64,000 nt of DNA from an uncultured Actinomycetes bacterium (GCA_963761365.1 CAVXHB010000018.1:61-64060), one strand, 5' to 3'; shown: positions 19,438-29,560, counted from the first letter of the stretch. Translations and numbers: made by a program. The notes: generated by a model from the letters alone, not told the origin.

Positions 19438-22400
19438 GCACCGATTCCGGCTCGCCGTACCGCGGCCTCGCTCCATTCCAGGATGCAGAGCACGACGTCC
19501 GGTTCTTCTTCGGCCGGGATCGAGAGCGCGAGCTGATCGAGGCGAATCTGATGGCGTCACGGCTGACCGTCCTCTACGGCGAGGCGGGGGTCGGCAAGAG
19601 CTCGGTGCTGCGCGCGGGCGTGGCGCATCACCTGCGGCGGGTCGCGAAGGAAAACCTCGAAACGCGGGGCGAGCCGGGGCTCGCGGTCGTCGTGTTCGAC
19701 GAGTGGCGCGACGATCCGGTACGGGCGCTTCGCGCCGCAGTCGCCGACGAGGTGACGCTCGCGCTCGGAGGCTCGATCATCCCGGCCGACGACGGCGGCT
19801 CGCTCGAGGACGCGCTTGGAATGTGGCAGGACATCCTCGGCGGCGAGCTGTACATCATCCTCGACCAGACGGAGGAGCTACTTCCTCTACCACGGCGGCG
19901 ACGACGAGCCGGGCACGTTCGGCTCCGACTTCCCCGCGATCGTGAACAACCCCGAGCTGCGCGTCAACTTCCTGCTCGCGCTGCGTGAGGACACGCTCGC
20001 GAAACTCGACGTCTTCCGGAGCCGGATTCCGAACGTGCTCGGAAACTATCTTCGGCTCGAGCATCTCGACATGCGGGCCGGACGGTCGGCGATCGTCGAA
20101 CCGGTCGCCGAGTACAACCGCCTTGTCGGACGAGGGCTCGAGGGTCGAGATCGAGCCGGCGCTCGTCGACGCCGTGCTCGAGCAGGTCGTCGCCGGCAAG
20201 GTCGAGATCGGGGCGACAGGCCGCGGCGTCGTCGAGAACACCGGCGGTGAGGTGCGGATCGAGACGCCGTACCTCCAGCTCGTGATGCGGCGGCTCTGGG
20301 ACGAGGAACTGGGCGAAGGCGGGAGGGAGCTCCGCGTGACGACGCTTCGCCGGCTCGGGGGCGCGGAGCAGATCGTGCGCGACCACGTCGAGCATGCGCT
20401 GACCGATCTCACTCCCGACGGAGAAGGACCACGCCGCGCGGCTCTTCGACCATCTGGTCACCCCGTCCGGGAGCAAGATCGCGCACGCGATCGGCGATCT
20501 CGCGAAGTACGCCGGGACGTCCGAGCCCGAGCTTCTGCCGGTGCTGGCCAAGCTCGGGAACGAGCGGATCCTCCGCTCGGTCGCCGGCGACGATTCGCGC
20601 GGCTCGCGGTACGAGCTCTTTCACGACGTACTCGCCGAGCCTGTGCTCGCGTGGAAAGCCGAACACGAGGCAAGCCGGGCGCTCGCCGCCGCGACGGAGC
20701 TCGCACGCAAGCGACACCGTCGGCTCGCAGTGGTCTCCGGCGCCTCACTTGCCGCGCTCGTTCTGCTCGCCGCATTGACGGTGTTCGCCTTCTCCCAGCG
20801 CAGCAAGTCGGCGAACCGTGAGCAGACGGCGAAGTCGCGCGAGCTCGCGGCGTCGGCCCTGACACAGATCGGCAACGATCCCGAGCTCGCGCTCTTGCTC
20901 GCAGTGCAGGCGGCGACCATCCAGGAGAACCCGAGCGTCGACAGCGCGATCCGCACGGCGCTCCTCGAATCGCGCGTCCGCCGGGTCGCGATGCTCGGCC
21001 GGCCCGTCGAGGCGATAGACGTGGCCTCGCGAGGGCACTTCGTCGTCTCGACGGGCAGCGAAACAGTGGTGCTCGACAAGCGGTTGAGAGTCGTGCGGAC
21101 GCTGCCGAGCTTCGGCCGCTTCCTTGGCGTTCGCGGCGCCCAGATGGTGTTCCTCACCGGGCGGGGGCTCGAGCTCCGACGCGTCAGCGACGGTCATCTG
21201 ACGCAGCTGATCCCGATCCGGGAAGGCGCGACCCTCGAAATTCACGACCTCGCCACCGGCGCTGTCGTCGGACACGTGCGCATGCCGAAGCACGTCACGC
21301 TCGCCGCACTCGGTCCCCGCGGCACGCTCCTCGCCGTCAGCGACGGATCGAACCGCGTGATCGTCATCGACGCGCTCACCGGGAATGCACGCCACGAGCT
21401 CCCCCAGCCCTCGAAGGTCACGGCGCTCGCCTTCGGGCCGGGCGCGCGGATTCTCGCGACCGGCGGCAAGGACGGCAACACGCGGCTCTGGACGGTCTCG
21501 ACCGGCAGGATCCGCGCCGTCCTCCGCGGCCAAGTCGGCGCAGTACGCGATGTCGCGTTCAGCCCGACCGAGACGCTGATCGCCTCGGCGAGCAATGACA
21601 ATACGGCGCGCGTGTTCCGCCTCGCGAATGGCGCTCGCGGTCGCGGTGATGTCGGGGCACTCGAACCCGGTCACCGATGTCGCCTTCAGTTCCGACGGGA
21701 CGAGAATCGTCACCGCGAGCGCAGACGGTACCGCGCGCGTCTGGAAGGCAGAGACTGGTGAGCCGCTTGCGGTGCTCCAGGGTGATCAGGGAGCGGTGAC
21801 GGCGGCGCGCTTCGCCGGCGACTCGTTCGTCGTCACCGGGAGTGACGACGGCTCGGTCCGGCTCTGGTATGCGCTCAAACAGCCGGAACTGGCGCTGCTC
21901 CACCAGTTCCCGCGACCGGTCGTGCGCGCGGCCTTCACATCCGACGGCCACGTCGAGGCCGTGACCAGCGACGGTCGTGCGCACATCCTCGCCGCGAACG
22001 GACGCGAGATCGCCACGCGCGCGGCAGGCCCGGCGCCGCCCGCTCGAGTCCGCCGCTGGAGTGAGTGCGACCGTCGCGGGAAGGCTCGTCACGCTGCACG
22101 AGCCCGACGGGCGTGACGTCGTTCTGCGCGGACACACGGCGCCTGTGACGTCGGTGCGATTCTCGCCGGACGGGACGGAAGTGGTGACCGCGAGCCGCGA
22201 CACGACGGCGCGGATCTGGGACGCGTCGACCGGGGCGTTGCTCGTCAGGCTCGCGCGGTAGACACAACGGCGTAGTTCGCGACGCGAGCTTCAGTCCCGA
22301 TGGCCGCTGGGTCGTCACCGCGGGGCCCGGCACCGCTGCGCTCTGGTCGTCGGACACCGGTGAGTTCTTCTTCTACCTCCAGGGCCACAGCGGCGACCTG

Positions 22401-22583
22401 ACCTCAGCTTCTTTCGATGCTGCCGGCGATCGCATTCTCACCTCGGGAGTCGACGGAACGGTCAGGACGTACGTGTGCGAGATCTGCCGAAGCGGTGCGG
22501 CTCTAGCCGATGTCGCGCGTGCGCGGCTCGCGCAGACCGGTCGCCAGCTCACGCCGGGCGAGCGAGCGCGCTTCCTTCGCTGA
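19434..22583 (+). CDS. nSTAND-type P-loop NTPase - single TM helix - WD40 repeat protein (frame-disrupted)
   Basis: GTG overlaps the upstream TGA (GTGA). [25 protein letters not shown]...[20 protein letters not shown] (Walker A). [10 protein letters not shown] (Walker B). [25 protein letters not shown]. At least 7 WD40 blades ([60 protein letters not shown]...). Tail CEICRSG...[11 protein letters not shown]. Confidence 0.75.
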
Positions 22584-22605
22584 AGTCAGAACGCAGCTTC
22601 CACGC

Positions 22606-23666
22606 TCACTCGAACCACATCAGCGTCGCGAGGATCACGTAGGTGGCGACGAGCGCCGCGCCCTCGAACACGACCGCCTCGCCATCGCCCGTGATCTGCC
22701 ACATCGCAATTGCCGTCACGACGAGAGCGCCGATGAACACCGGGCTGAGGACGAAGGTCAGGTGCGTGCCGAAGGCAAGTGAGCAGAGCACGAGCGCCGG
22801 GAAGAGGAAGACTGCGATCTGCGCCACCGAGTTCTTCACGACCGACACTGCCAGGTCGGCCTTGCCCTTCGCTGCGAGCGTGATCCCGACGACATTCTCG
22901 ACGGCATTGCCCGCGATCGCGACGATCACGAGGCCCGTGAACGCCTTCGAGATCCCGAGCGACTTGACCGCCGGGTCGAGCGCATTCACGAACCAGTCCG
23001 AGACGAAGGCCGCCGCGATGCCGCTCACCGCAAGCACGGCGAGCGCGACGTTGAACGAAAGCGCCTCCTCGTGCATCTCCGCTGCCTGCCTCCTCCTCGC
23101 GCGGCCCGTCGGAGCGGAGGTAATCGACAAGCCAGATCGCGTAGACGGCGAGCAGGGCGACCGCGCCGATCACCGAGATCGTCTGCTGGTGTTGGCTCGC
23201 TCGGTCACCCACCTGATTCGACAACCCGAGCAGGACGATGATCGAGATCGCGAGCAAGAGCAGGGTGGCCGTGTCCTGGGGCAGCCGTGTGCGGAAGCGC
23301 ATCACGCCGTCGGGCGCCTCGCGGGCTCCGGCGATGATCGTGAGCCCCAGCACGAGCAGCCCGTTCGCGAACAGCGAGCCCAGGATCGACGTCCGCGCAA
23401 CGACGAGCTCGCCCGGCCGAGAGCGCGAAGAGGACGATGAAGAGCTCCGGCAGGTTCCCGAGCGTGGACTGCAACGCGCCGGTGATCGCCGGCCCGAACC
23501 GCTCGCCGACCGCTTCGGTCGCGATTGAGATCGACCACGCAAGCCCGCCGAGCGCAAAGCCGGCGACGATGAAGACAGCGACCGGCTGGATGTGGGCGAA
23601 ATGGAGGACGCCGGTAACGACGGCCACTCCGAGGATCGCGGCAAGGACGACACCGGTTCTGGACAC
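22606..23666 (-). CDS. Ca2+/H+ antiporter (CaCA/CAX family), frame-disrupted
   Basis: The two halves each carry the alpha-repeat: GPAITGALQSTLGNLPELFIVL and GLVIVAIAGNAVENVVGITLA. Multiple TM segments. The central part sits in other frames. Confidence 0.75.
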
Positions 23667-23688
23667 GCGCGGACTCTAATCGGCGCAC

Positions 23689-23729
23689 AAAAAAAAGAAG
23701 CGCCCCAGTCCGCATCAGGGGCGCTTCTT
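23689..23729 (-). terminator. rho-independent terminator after the WxL-like gene
   Basis: Perfect 12-bp stem AAGAAGCGCCCC / GGGGCGCTTCTT with an 11-nt loop. On the minus strand it is followed by a run of 8 T. Confidence 0.8.
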
Positions 23730-23789
23730 GGCTTTCTCGCTACCGCCTCTCGGGCAGCGGTCCGTCGGGCGGTGCGAGAAACTTGTCGC

Positions 23790-24341
23790 TTACGGCCCGG
23801 AGACTGCTGCGACCGTGATCGTGCTCGTGTAGCTCCCGGCGTAGGAGTTGCCCGGAATCGAGACGTTGATCGTCGGGGTAAGCGTGAAGCGGCCGAGGCC
23901 GGTGGTGGCCGCCGAGTTGAAGAGCTTGACGGCTGCCGGGGCGGATGCTGCCGCCGGCATGGTGAGCGGGTAGGTGATCGAGTTCGTCGCGTTGGTGCAG
24001 GTGCCGCCCGCGACGCAGGCCATCGAGACCGAGGCGATCGAGGAGGCGCTCGTGGCGAGGGTGTGACCGGCGCCATCGTTGAACGTGGTCGAGGTGACCG
24101 TCAGGTTCCAGCCTGTGCCGGTGCCGCGGGCATCCGTCAGGGTGAGGGGGAGGGTGTAGCCGACCGTCTGATCCGTGCCGTCGAGCGTGTCTGTGAGCGT
24201 TGCGGTGGCGCCGTTGCTGAGCGCGAGCGAGCCTGCGCCCGAAACCGTGGCCGTTGCCGTCACGGTGCCGGCGACTGCTGCTGCTGCAAGCGCGAGGGCT
24301 GCAACTGCAAGTCCGCTGAAAATGATGATCCGCTGCTTCAT
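23790..24341 (-). CDS. secreted WxL-domain-like protein
   Basis: AAGGAG RBS and signal MKQRIIIFSGLAVAALALAAAAVAG. DARGTGTGWNLTVTSTTF (WxL-type motif) and C-terminal NSYAGSYTSTITVAAVSGP. Intact. Confidence 0.6.
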   Translation of the reverse strand: MKQRIIIFSGLAVAALALAAAAVAGTVTATATVSGAGSLALSNGATATLTDTLDGTDQTVGYTLPLTLTDARGTGTGWNLTVTSTTFNDGAGHTLATSASSIASVSMACVAGGTCTNATNSITYPLTMPAAASAPAAVKLFNSAATTGLGRFTLTPTINVSIPGNSYAGSYTSTITVAAVSGP

Positions 24342-24464
24342 GGTGTGTCCGTCTCCTTGGGTCGCTGCTGGGTTGATGGGCTCAGTGTCGGAGACGCGGG
24401 TTGGCTTTCGAGGGGCCGCACCGTATGCAGCGCGTATGAGGTCAAAAATCCGTTCTCTCACAGA

Positions 24465-24490
24465 GAGAAGGCCCCGATCGGGGCCTTCTC
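24465..24490 (-). terminator. hairpin terminator candidate after secreted-protein gene
   Basis: GAGAAGGCCCC-GATC-GGGGCCTTCTC, a perfect 11-bp stem. On the minus strand a T5 run follows about 16 nt downstream. Confidence 0.55.
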
Positions 24491-24515
24491 AGTCGAGCAT
24501 TCGTGCGGTTCGAAA

Positions 24516-25199
24516 TCAGTCGTCGTCGTCGTGACCGCGCTGATCGTTCCCGTGGTGGTCCTGCGCGTGCTTCTGGTGGTTGAAGTAGCTGACGCACTGG
24601 CCCTGGTTACGGAACGACGGGCTCGTGAAGCTCTTCCAGCCGCCATGCTTGCAAGCGTTCTTCGAGGTCGGGCCGGGTGCCGGAACCTCGGCCACGCCGT
24701 TGAAGGTGATGTTGCTCAGGTCGGCAGTGCCCTGCACGTCGAGGACTATGTCGACCGAGGTGATCGTCCCGCTCGGAACGGCCACCTGGTTTCCGCCGGC
24801 GGCGATCGTGGCTGCCGTGAACGTGTAGGTCCGGGTGCCGTCTGCGTTCGTCGTCGGGATGACGTTGTTACACCCGAGGAAGTTGGTTGTGCTGGTCGTG
24901 CCGTTCGTCGTCACGACGTTGAAGCGTGGCGAACCGCCGTTGCACACACTCGCGGCCGTGAGCGTGAACGACGCGGAGCTGAACGTCCCGCTGACACCCG
25001 TGATGGTCGCGCCTGCGGACACGACGGTGGTCGTTGGGCAGTTCTTGGCGAGATGGAGCACACCGCCGCTGAAGGTCGAGGTCACGCAGCCGGCGTCCGC
25101 GGGATTCAAGGCGTACGTCCAGGGAACGAGCGCCGCAGACGCGGTTGCGGCCACCACCAATGCTGCCGCCGCCACGGCGGTCACGATCAATCTCTTCAT
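24516..25199 (-). CDS. secreted hypothetical protein with Cys pairs and His/Asp-rich tail
   Basis: Intact. Signal MKRLIVTAVAAAALVVAATASA, a Thr/Ser/Ala-rich beta-type body with 8 Cys, and tail HQKHAQDHHGNDQRGHDDDD. No family recognised. Confidence 0.55.
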   Translation of the reverse strand: MKRLIVTAVAAAALVVAATASAALVPWTYALNPADAGCVTSTFSGGVLHLAKNCPTTTVVSAGATITGVSGTFSSASFTLTAASVCNGGSPRFNVVTTNGTTSTTNFLGCNNVIPTTNADGTRTYTFTAATIAAGGNQVAVPSGTITSVDIVLDVQGTADLSNITFNGVAEVPAPGPTSKNACKHGGWKSFTSPSFRNQGQCVSYFNHQKHAQDHHGNDQRGHDDDD

Positions 25200-25282
25200 C
25201 TTTTTTTCCCCCTTTTTGTTTCGGTCTCCTTCAGCCTTCCCGGGGATTGGGGGGATTCGGTGCCCTGGAGGTAAGGGGTTTG

Positions 25283-25834
25283 TTAGGCCGCAGGCCGAAA
25301 TGCGAGCAGTTCGGGGCCGTGCTTGGTGAGCCAGTCTCGCTGGTTGTGCCAGTTCGGCCGGCGCGAGGCGACGAGCTTCCAGAAGCGGGCTGAATGGTTC
25401 GGCTCGATCAGATGGCAGAGCTCGTGCACGACGACGTAATCGAGCACCTCGAACGGGGCGAGCGCAAGGCGCCAGTTGAATGAAAGGGCGCCGCTCGACG
25501 AGCACGATCCCCAGCGTGCGCGCTGGTTGCGGATCTCGACCCGCCCAACCGAGACGCCGAGTACCGGCGCCTCCTCGTCGAGCACCATCCCCACGAGCTC
25601 GCGTGCCGCCTGCCGCCCTTCCGTCTCCGAGATCTTCCGCGCGTCCAGCCGCAGGCGCGGCACCTGCGCGGCGCGCTCGCGCGCGATCCACGCGCGATGC
25701 GACTCGATCACCTCGGCAATCTCGCGCTCTCGCATTCGGGCCGGGACCGTGAGGAGGACTGGTTCGCCCCACGGAATCGTGATCGTCCAGCGACGGGCCC
25801 GCCGCGAGCGCCTGATCTCCACCAGTTCGTCCAT
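25283..25834 (-). CDS. YgjP-like (DUF45 / M48-type) metal-dependent hydrolase
   Basis: Intact 183 aa: RNQRARWGSCSSSGALSFNWRLALAPFEVLDYVVVHELCHLIEPNHSARFW (HExxH). Confidence 0.75.
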   Translation of the reverse strand: MDELVEIRRSRRARRWTITIPWGEPVLLTVPARMREREIAEVIESHRAWIARERAAQVPRLRLDARKISETEGRQAARELVGMVLDEEAPVLGVSVGRVEIRNQRARWGSCSSSGALSFNWRLALAPFEVLDYVVVHELCHLIEPNHSARFWKLVASRRPNWHNQRDWLTKHGPELLAFRPAA

Positions 25835-25854
25835 TTGCCTAGTCTGCCGGGGGC

Positions 25855-26608
25855 ATGGGACGTGCGATCGCGACAACGCTCGTCGCGCTCGCCGTCCTGA
25901 CGGCGCTCGTGCTCGGCGGCGTGCTGACCGGGCTCGACGAGTGGGGGCTCGATCACGTGATGCCGGCGCTCGATCCGAGGGCCCATGGGACGGGCATCGT
26001 CTCGAGCAACGGGCTCTGGCGGCCATTTCCGTTGCACGTGCCGTGGTGGCAGAAGGCACTCGATCTCTACACCTATCCCGGCTCGGCGCTCGTGTCGGGC
26101 GTCGTTGGTGGCAATCGCGTGTGTAGCGCTCGCGCGACGCGGCCGGCTCTGGGCGGCGCTCGTGTGGCTGGGAGCGTGGCTTGCGGGCAGCGTGATCGAG
26201 CTGATCGGCAAGCACGTCCTCGACCGCCCGTCGCTCTACTGGACGAACGGGCACGCTCGGATCCACGTCGCGCCGTTCGCGAACTCGTACCCCAGCGGGC
26301 ACACGATCCGCTCGGTCGTGATTGCGGCGCTGCTCGCCTTCGTCTGGCCCCGCGCGAAAGTGCCCCTGGCCGTGTGGCTCGCGTTCGTGCCGGTCGCGCT
26401 CGTGGTCGTCGCTGCCCACACGATCACCGATGTGATCGGCGGCCTGCTGCTCGGTGTGCTGATCGTGCTCGTCGCGCACGCCATGATTCGGGTATGGACC
26501 CGGTCGCCACGGTTCTCGGGCAACTCGAGCGAGGGGAGCTCGGAAACCCCGAGGCGGTCCTGGCCTACCTCGCCGGCCAGACGCTCGAGCTCCCCGCCGG
26601 CGAGCTGA
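25855..26608 (+). CDS. PAP2-superfamily phosphatase (one frame change near 26100; 3' end uncertain)
   Basis: N-terminal TM MGRAIATTLVALAVLTALVLGGVL. KHVLDRP, SYPSGHT and HTITDVIGG acid-phosphatase motifs in ORF 25985-26608. The tail overlaps the next gene, so the true stop is probably earlier. Confidence 0.65.
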
Positions 26609-26886
26609 ACGAGGCCCGGCGCCGCACGCTCCTCCTGCTCGCGGCCGGCGGGGATCCCCACCGCGAGCTCGAGATCGACGATCGCGCGGTCAAGGCGCTC
26701 GCTGCCGAGCTCTGGACCGAGGAACGTCGCGCCGGCCTGGCGGCGGGACTGGACGAGCTGGCTCTCCGGGCGCGCGAGCTGCCGCGGGTGCGCGAGGTCG
26801 TCCTTGGCCTTGCGACCGACCTCGATCTCGCGTGGCGGCTCTTCGCGCTCACGCTGGTCGCGGAGGAGCTTGCCTCGGACGAGTGA
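26494..26886 (+). CDS. hypothetical protein
   Basis: In-frame ATG inside ORF 25855-26886. Helical, acidic 130 aa (MDPVATVLGQLERGELGNPEAVLAYLAGQ...). No family recognised. Confidence 0.4.
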   Translation: MDPVATVLGQLERGELGNPEAVLAYLAGQTLELPAGELNEARRRTLLLLAAGGDPHRELEIDDRAVKALAAELWTEERRAGLAAGLDELALRARELPRVREVVLGLATDLDLAWRLFALTLVAEELASDE

Positions 26887-26924
26887 TTCAGCACGGCGCG
26901 ACGAATTGCCGACTAGCTGCTCGT

Positions 26925-27974
26925 ATGCGGCGAGTCGTCATCTTGCTTGTGCTCGTTGCGGGCGCCCTCGCTCCTGCCGCGGGTGCATCACAGGTGATCA
27001 GCACCAGCACCGCCACCGGGATCAAGCTCGGGGTCGACGCCAAAGGTCAGGCGTTCCTCAGCTACAAGTCCGGCGGCAAGGATGTCAACGTCCTCGCGTG
27101 GGGCGCGATCAACGCACTCGCGCCGACGCCGGGCGGCAAGCAGGTGGCGTTCCAGCTCGACTACTCGGGTGGGTACACGCTCTTCAAGGGCGACCTCGCA
27201 AAGGCGACGGGCCAGCTTCGCGCCGATCAGGCGCAGTTCCGCAAGGCGCAGTCTGCGGCGAAGGCGCAGGGGAAGAAGTACACGCCCGACGTGACCAAGT
27301 TCAGCGCCGCGGTCAACAAGGACTACGCGGACATCCAGAAGATCCACGAGCAGTCGAGCAACGTCGGCAGCTCCTTCACGTGCCCGAAGTACACGGGCCC
27401 GCCGCTCGCATGGATGATTGTCGCGTGCAACGCGCCCGACGGCAGCTACTGGGCCGTGCAGTCGTGGCAGCGCCTGCTGCCGGACTACGGCGTCGCACCG
27501 ACCCCGACACAGGCCGCCTGGGAGGTTCACCTCTCGCACTGGACCGGCCCGCTGCCGGCGCTGACCGTCAATACCGACTGGGCGTGGCATCAGTGGGATC
27601 ACCTCTTCGGCACCTACACCTACGGCGACAACGCCGTCTACGGCTTCAAGTCGACGTCGGTCGGCGCGCCGCTCGACACCTTCGGCCGCAACGTCTACGT
27701 GGACACGTTCGACTCGAAGTACGGCACGGGCTGGATCCGGGAGAACAGCTTCCTGACGCATACCGGTGACGGCGTGTTCTGTTACAGCTTCAACCCGCAC
27801 GGCGCGCATCCGGCCGGCAACGGCTCGAAGTACCGCGCGACGATCCTCGGCCCCGGCGTCACGCCGGACGTGATGTGGGAGGGCACACCGCCCGGCCCGT
27901 ACGACAAGGCGCTCGACGCGAGTGCGAACGCTGCGATCGCGGGCCTGCACGACAAGCAGTGCCAGCCGAACTAA
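26925..27974 (+). CDS. secreted hypothetical protein
   Basis: Intact 349 aa. Signal MRRVVILLVLVAGALAPAAGASQ. Trp-rich conserved-looking core (YWAVQSWQRLLPDYG, WEVHLSHWTG, DWAWHQWDHLFGTYTYG). No family recognised. Confidence 0.6.
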   Translation: MRRVVILLVLVAGALAPAAGASQVISTSTATGIKLGVDAKGQAFLSYKSGGKDVNVLAWGAINALAPTPGGKQVAFQLDYSGGYTLFKGDLAKATGQLRADQAQFRKAQSAAKAQGKKYTPDVTKFSAAVNKDYADIQKIHEQSSNVGSSFTCPKYTGPPLAWMIVACNAPDGSYWAVQSWQRLLPDYGVAPTPTQAAWEVHLSHWTGPLPALTVNTDWAWHQWDHLFGTYTYGDNAVYGFKSTSVGAPLDTFGRNVYVDTFDSKYGTGWIRENSFLTHTGDGVFCYSFNPHGAHPAGNGSKYRATILGPGVTPDVMWEGTPPGPYDKALDASANAAIAGLHDKQCQPN

Positions 27975-28014
27975 AAGGAATCGTTACCTCAGTAGCAAGG
28001 CTAGCCTCGGCACC

Positions 28015-28485
28015 GTGGACGATCGCGGTGCCGAGCAGCGCTCACTCTTCCGACGCTGGCCCACCGGCGTTTCCGTCGTCGTCGCCGAGTCCGGGACGCG
28101 GCGCGCCGGGCTGACGGTCAACTCGCTCGTCTCGCTTTCGCTCGAGCCGCAGCTCGTCGGCATCTCGCTTGCGCGGTCGGCCTCGCTCTTCGAAGTCTTG
28201 CGCGAGGCTGACGAGTGGGCGGTGTCGCTGCTCGCCGGCAACCAGGATCACCTCGCGCAGCATTTCGCCCGTAGCGTGCCGCCGCTCGTGCTCTGGGACG
28301 GGATCGCCGTGCGCGAGAACGATCCACGTCTGCTCGAGGACGCCGTCGGCTGGCTGCTCGTCCGCACGATCGAGGAAGTCGATGCCGGCGACCATGTGTT
28401 CTTCATCGGCGAGGTCCAGTCGATCGAGCGCGGGCCGGGCAAGGGATCGCTCGTCTACCTCGACCGCGCGTACACCGGGCTTTGA
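28015..28485 (+). CDS. flavin reductase family protein
   Basis: FRRWPTGVSVVVAESGTRRAGLTVNSLVSLSLEPQLVGISL...HVFFIGEV. The GTG 28015 start is tentative. Confidence 0.7.
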   Translation: MDDRGAEQRSLFRRWPTGVSVVVAESGTRRAGLTVNSLVSLSLEPQLVGISLARSASLFEVLREADEWAVSLLAGNQDHLAQHFARSVPPLVLWDGIAVRENDPRLLEDAVGWLLVRTIEEVDAGDHVFFIGEVQSIERGPGKGSLVYLDRAYTGL

Positions 28486-29123
28486 CCACCGCCATCGTGT
28501 TCGACCTGGACGGGGTGCTGATCGACTCCGAGCAGGTCTGGGACGACGTGCGCGAGCAACTGGCGCGTGAGCTCGGCGGCCGGTGGCATGAAGGCGCGCA
28601 GCGAGACATGATGGGGATGAGCTCGCCCGAATGGTCGCGCTACATGCACGACCGGATCGGCCTGCGCGAGAGCCCCGAACAGATCAACCGGATCGTCGTC
28701 GAGCGGATGCTCGAGCGCTACGAGGATGGACCGCCGTGGCTGCCTGGTGCGCTAGACGCCGTACGGCGGGTTGCAGACACATTTGTACTCGGCCTTGCGT
28801 CGTCGTCGAACCGGGAGCTGATCGACGCCGTGCTCGAGGCGGGCGGGATCGCAGATCTGTTCAAGGCGACCGTCTCGTCGGAGGAGGTGGCTGCGGGGAA
28901 GCCGGCGCCGGACGTCTACGTCGAGGTCGCGCGCCGCCTCGGGGTCGAGCCGGCCGAGTGCACCGCAGTCGAGGACTCGCACAACGGGATCCGCTCGGCA
29001 AAGGCGGCGGGGCTCCGGTGCGTCGCGATCCCGAATGCTCGCTTCCCGCCGGGCGACGCGGTCGCCGACGCGGACATCGTGCTCGGCTCGCTGGCAGACC
29101 TGACGGTCGCCGTCCTGACGTAG
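28482..29123 (+). CDS. HAD-IA hydrolase (beta-phosphoglucomutase-like)
   Basis: Intact: IVFDLDGVLIDSE, LGLASSS, GKPAPDVY, VEDSHNGIRSAKAAG. The start overlaps the upstream stop. Confidence 0.8.
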   Translation: MTTAIVFDLDGVLIDSEQVWDDVREQLARELGGRWHEGAQRDMMGMSSPEWSRYMHDRIGLRESPEQINRIVVERMLERYEDGPPWLPGALDAVRRVADTFVLGLASSSNRELIDAVLEAGGIADLFKATVSSEEVAAGKPAPDVYVEVARRLGVEPAECTAVEDSHNGIRSAKAAGLRCVAIPNARFPPGDAVADADIVLGSLADLTVAVLT

Positions 29124-29131
29124 CTGGAAAC

Positions 29132-29161
29132 GCGACGGCCCGCCGTGGGGCGGGCCGTCGC
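29132..29161. terminator. GC-rich hairpin between convergent genes (bidirectional terminator candidate)
   Basis: GCGACGGCCCGCC-GTGG-GGCGGGCCGTCGC, a perfect 13-bp stem. No clear U-tract on either strand. Confidence 0.5.
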
Positions 29162-29191
29162 AAACGCAAACTGAGCCGCAAGGCTCCTGAA

Positions 29192-29560
29192 CTAGGTGAC
29201 CGTCAGCACGCCCTTCATGCCGGCTGCGGCGTGCCCCGTGACCGTGCACTGGTACGGGTACTTGCCGGCCTTGGCGAAGGTGACCGTCAAGCTCTGCGAC
29301 TGCCCCTGTGAGAGCAGCTTGGTCGTCTTGCCGTTGATCTTGAAGTCGTGCGGCAGTGCGCCGGCGCCCTTCACCTTGAAGGTGACGGCGCCGTGCTTGA
29401 CCGTCTTCGTCGAAAGCGTGAAGCGGAACTCAGACGGCTTGCCGGCGGTGACCGTGACCACGGTTGCCTTGGCGGCGGTGCGATGCGCTGTCGCGGGCAG
29501 AGCCCACACGAGCACACCGGTCGCGACCAGGCCGAGGGTGAAAACCCTGATCTTGCTCAT
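29192..29560 (-). CDS. cupredoxin (plastocyanin/azurin-like type-1 copper protein)
   Basis: Intact 122 aa with a signal peptide. Ligand pattern H(PHDF)...C(YQCTVTGH)..H..M(GMKG). Confidence 0.75.
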   Translation of the reverse strand: MSKIRVFTLGLVATGVLVWALPATAHRTAAKATVVTVTAGKPSEFRFTLSTKTVKHGAVTFKVKGAGALPHDFKINGKTTKLLSQGQSQSLTVTFAKAGKYPYQCTVTGHAAAGMKGVLTVT

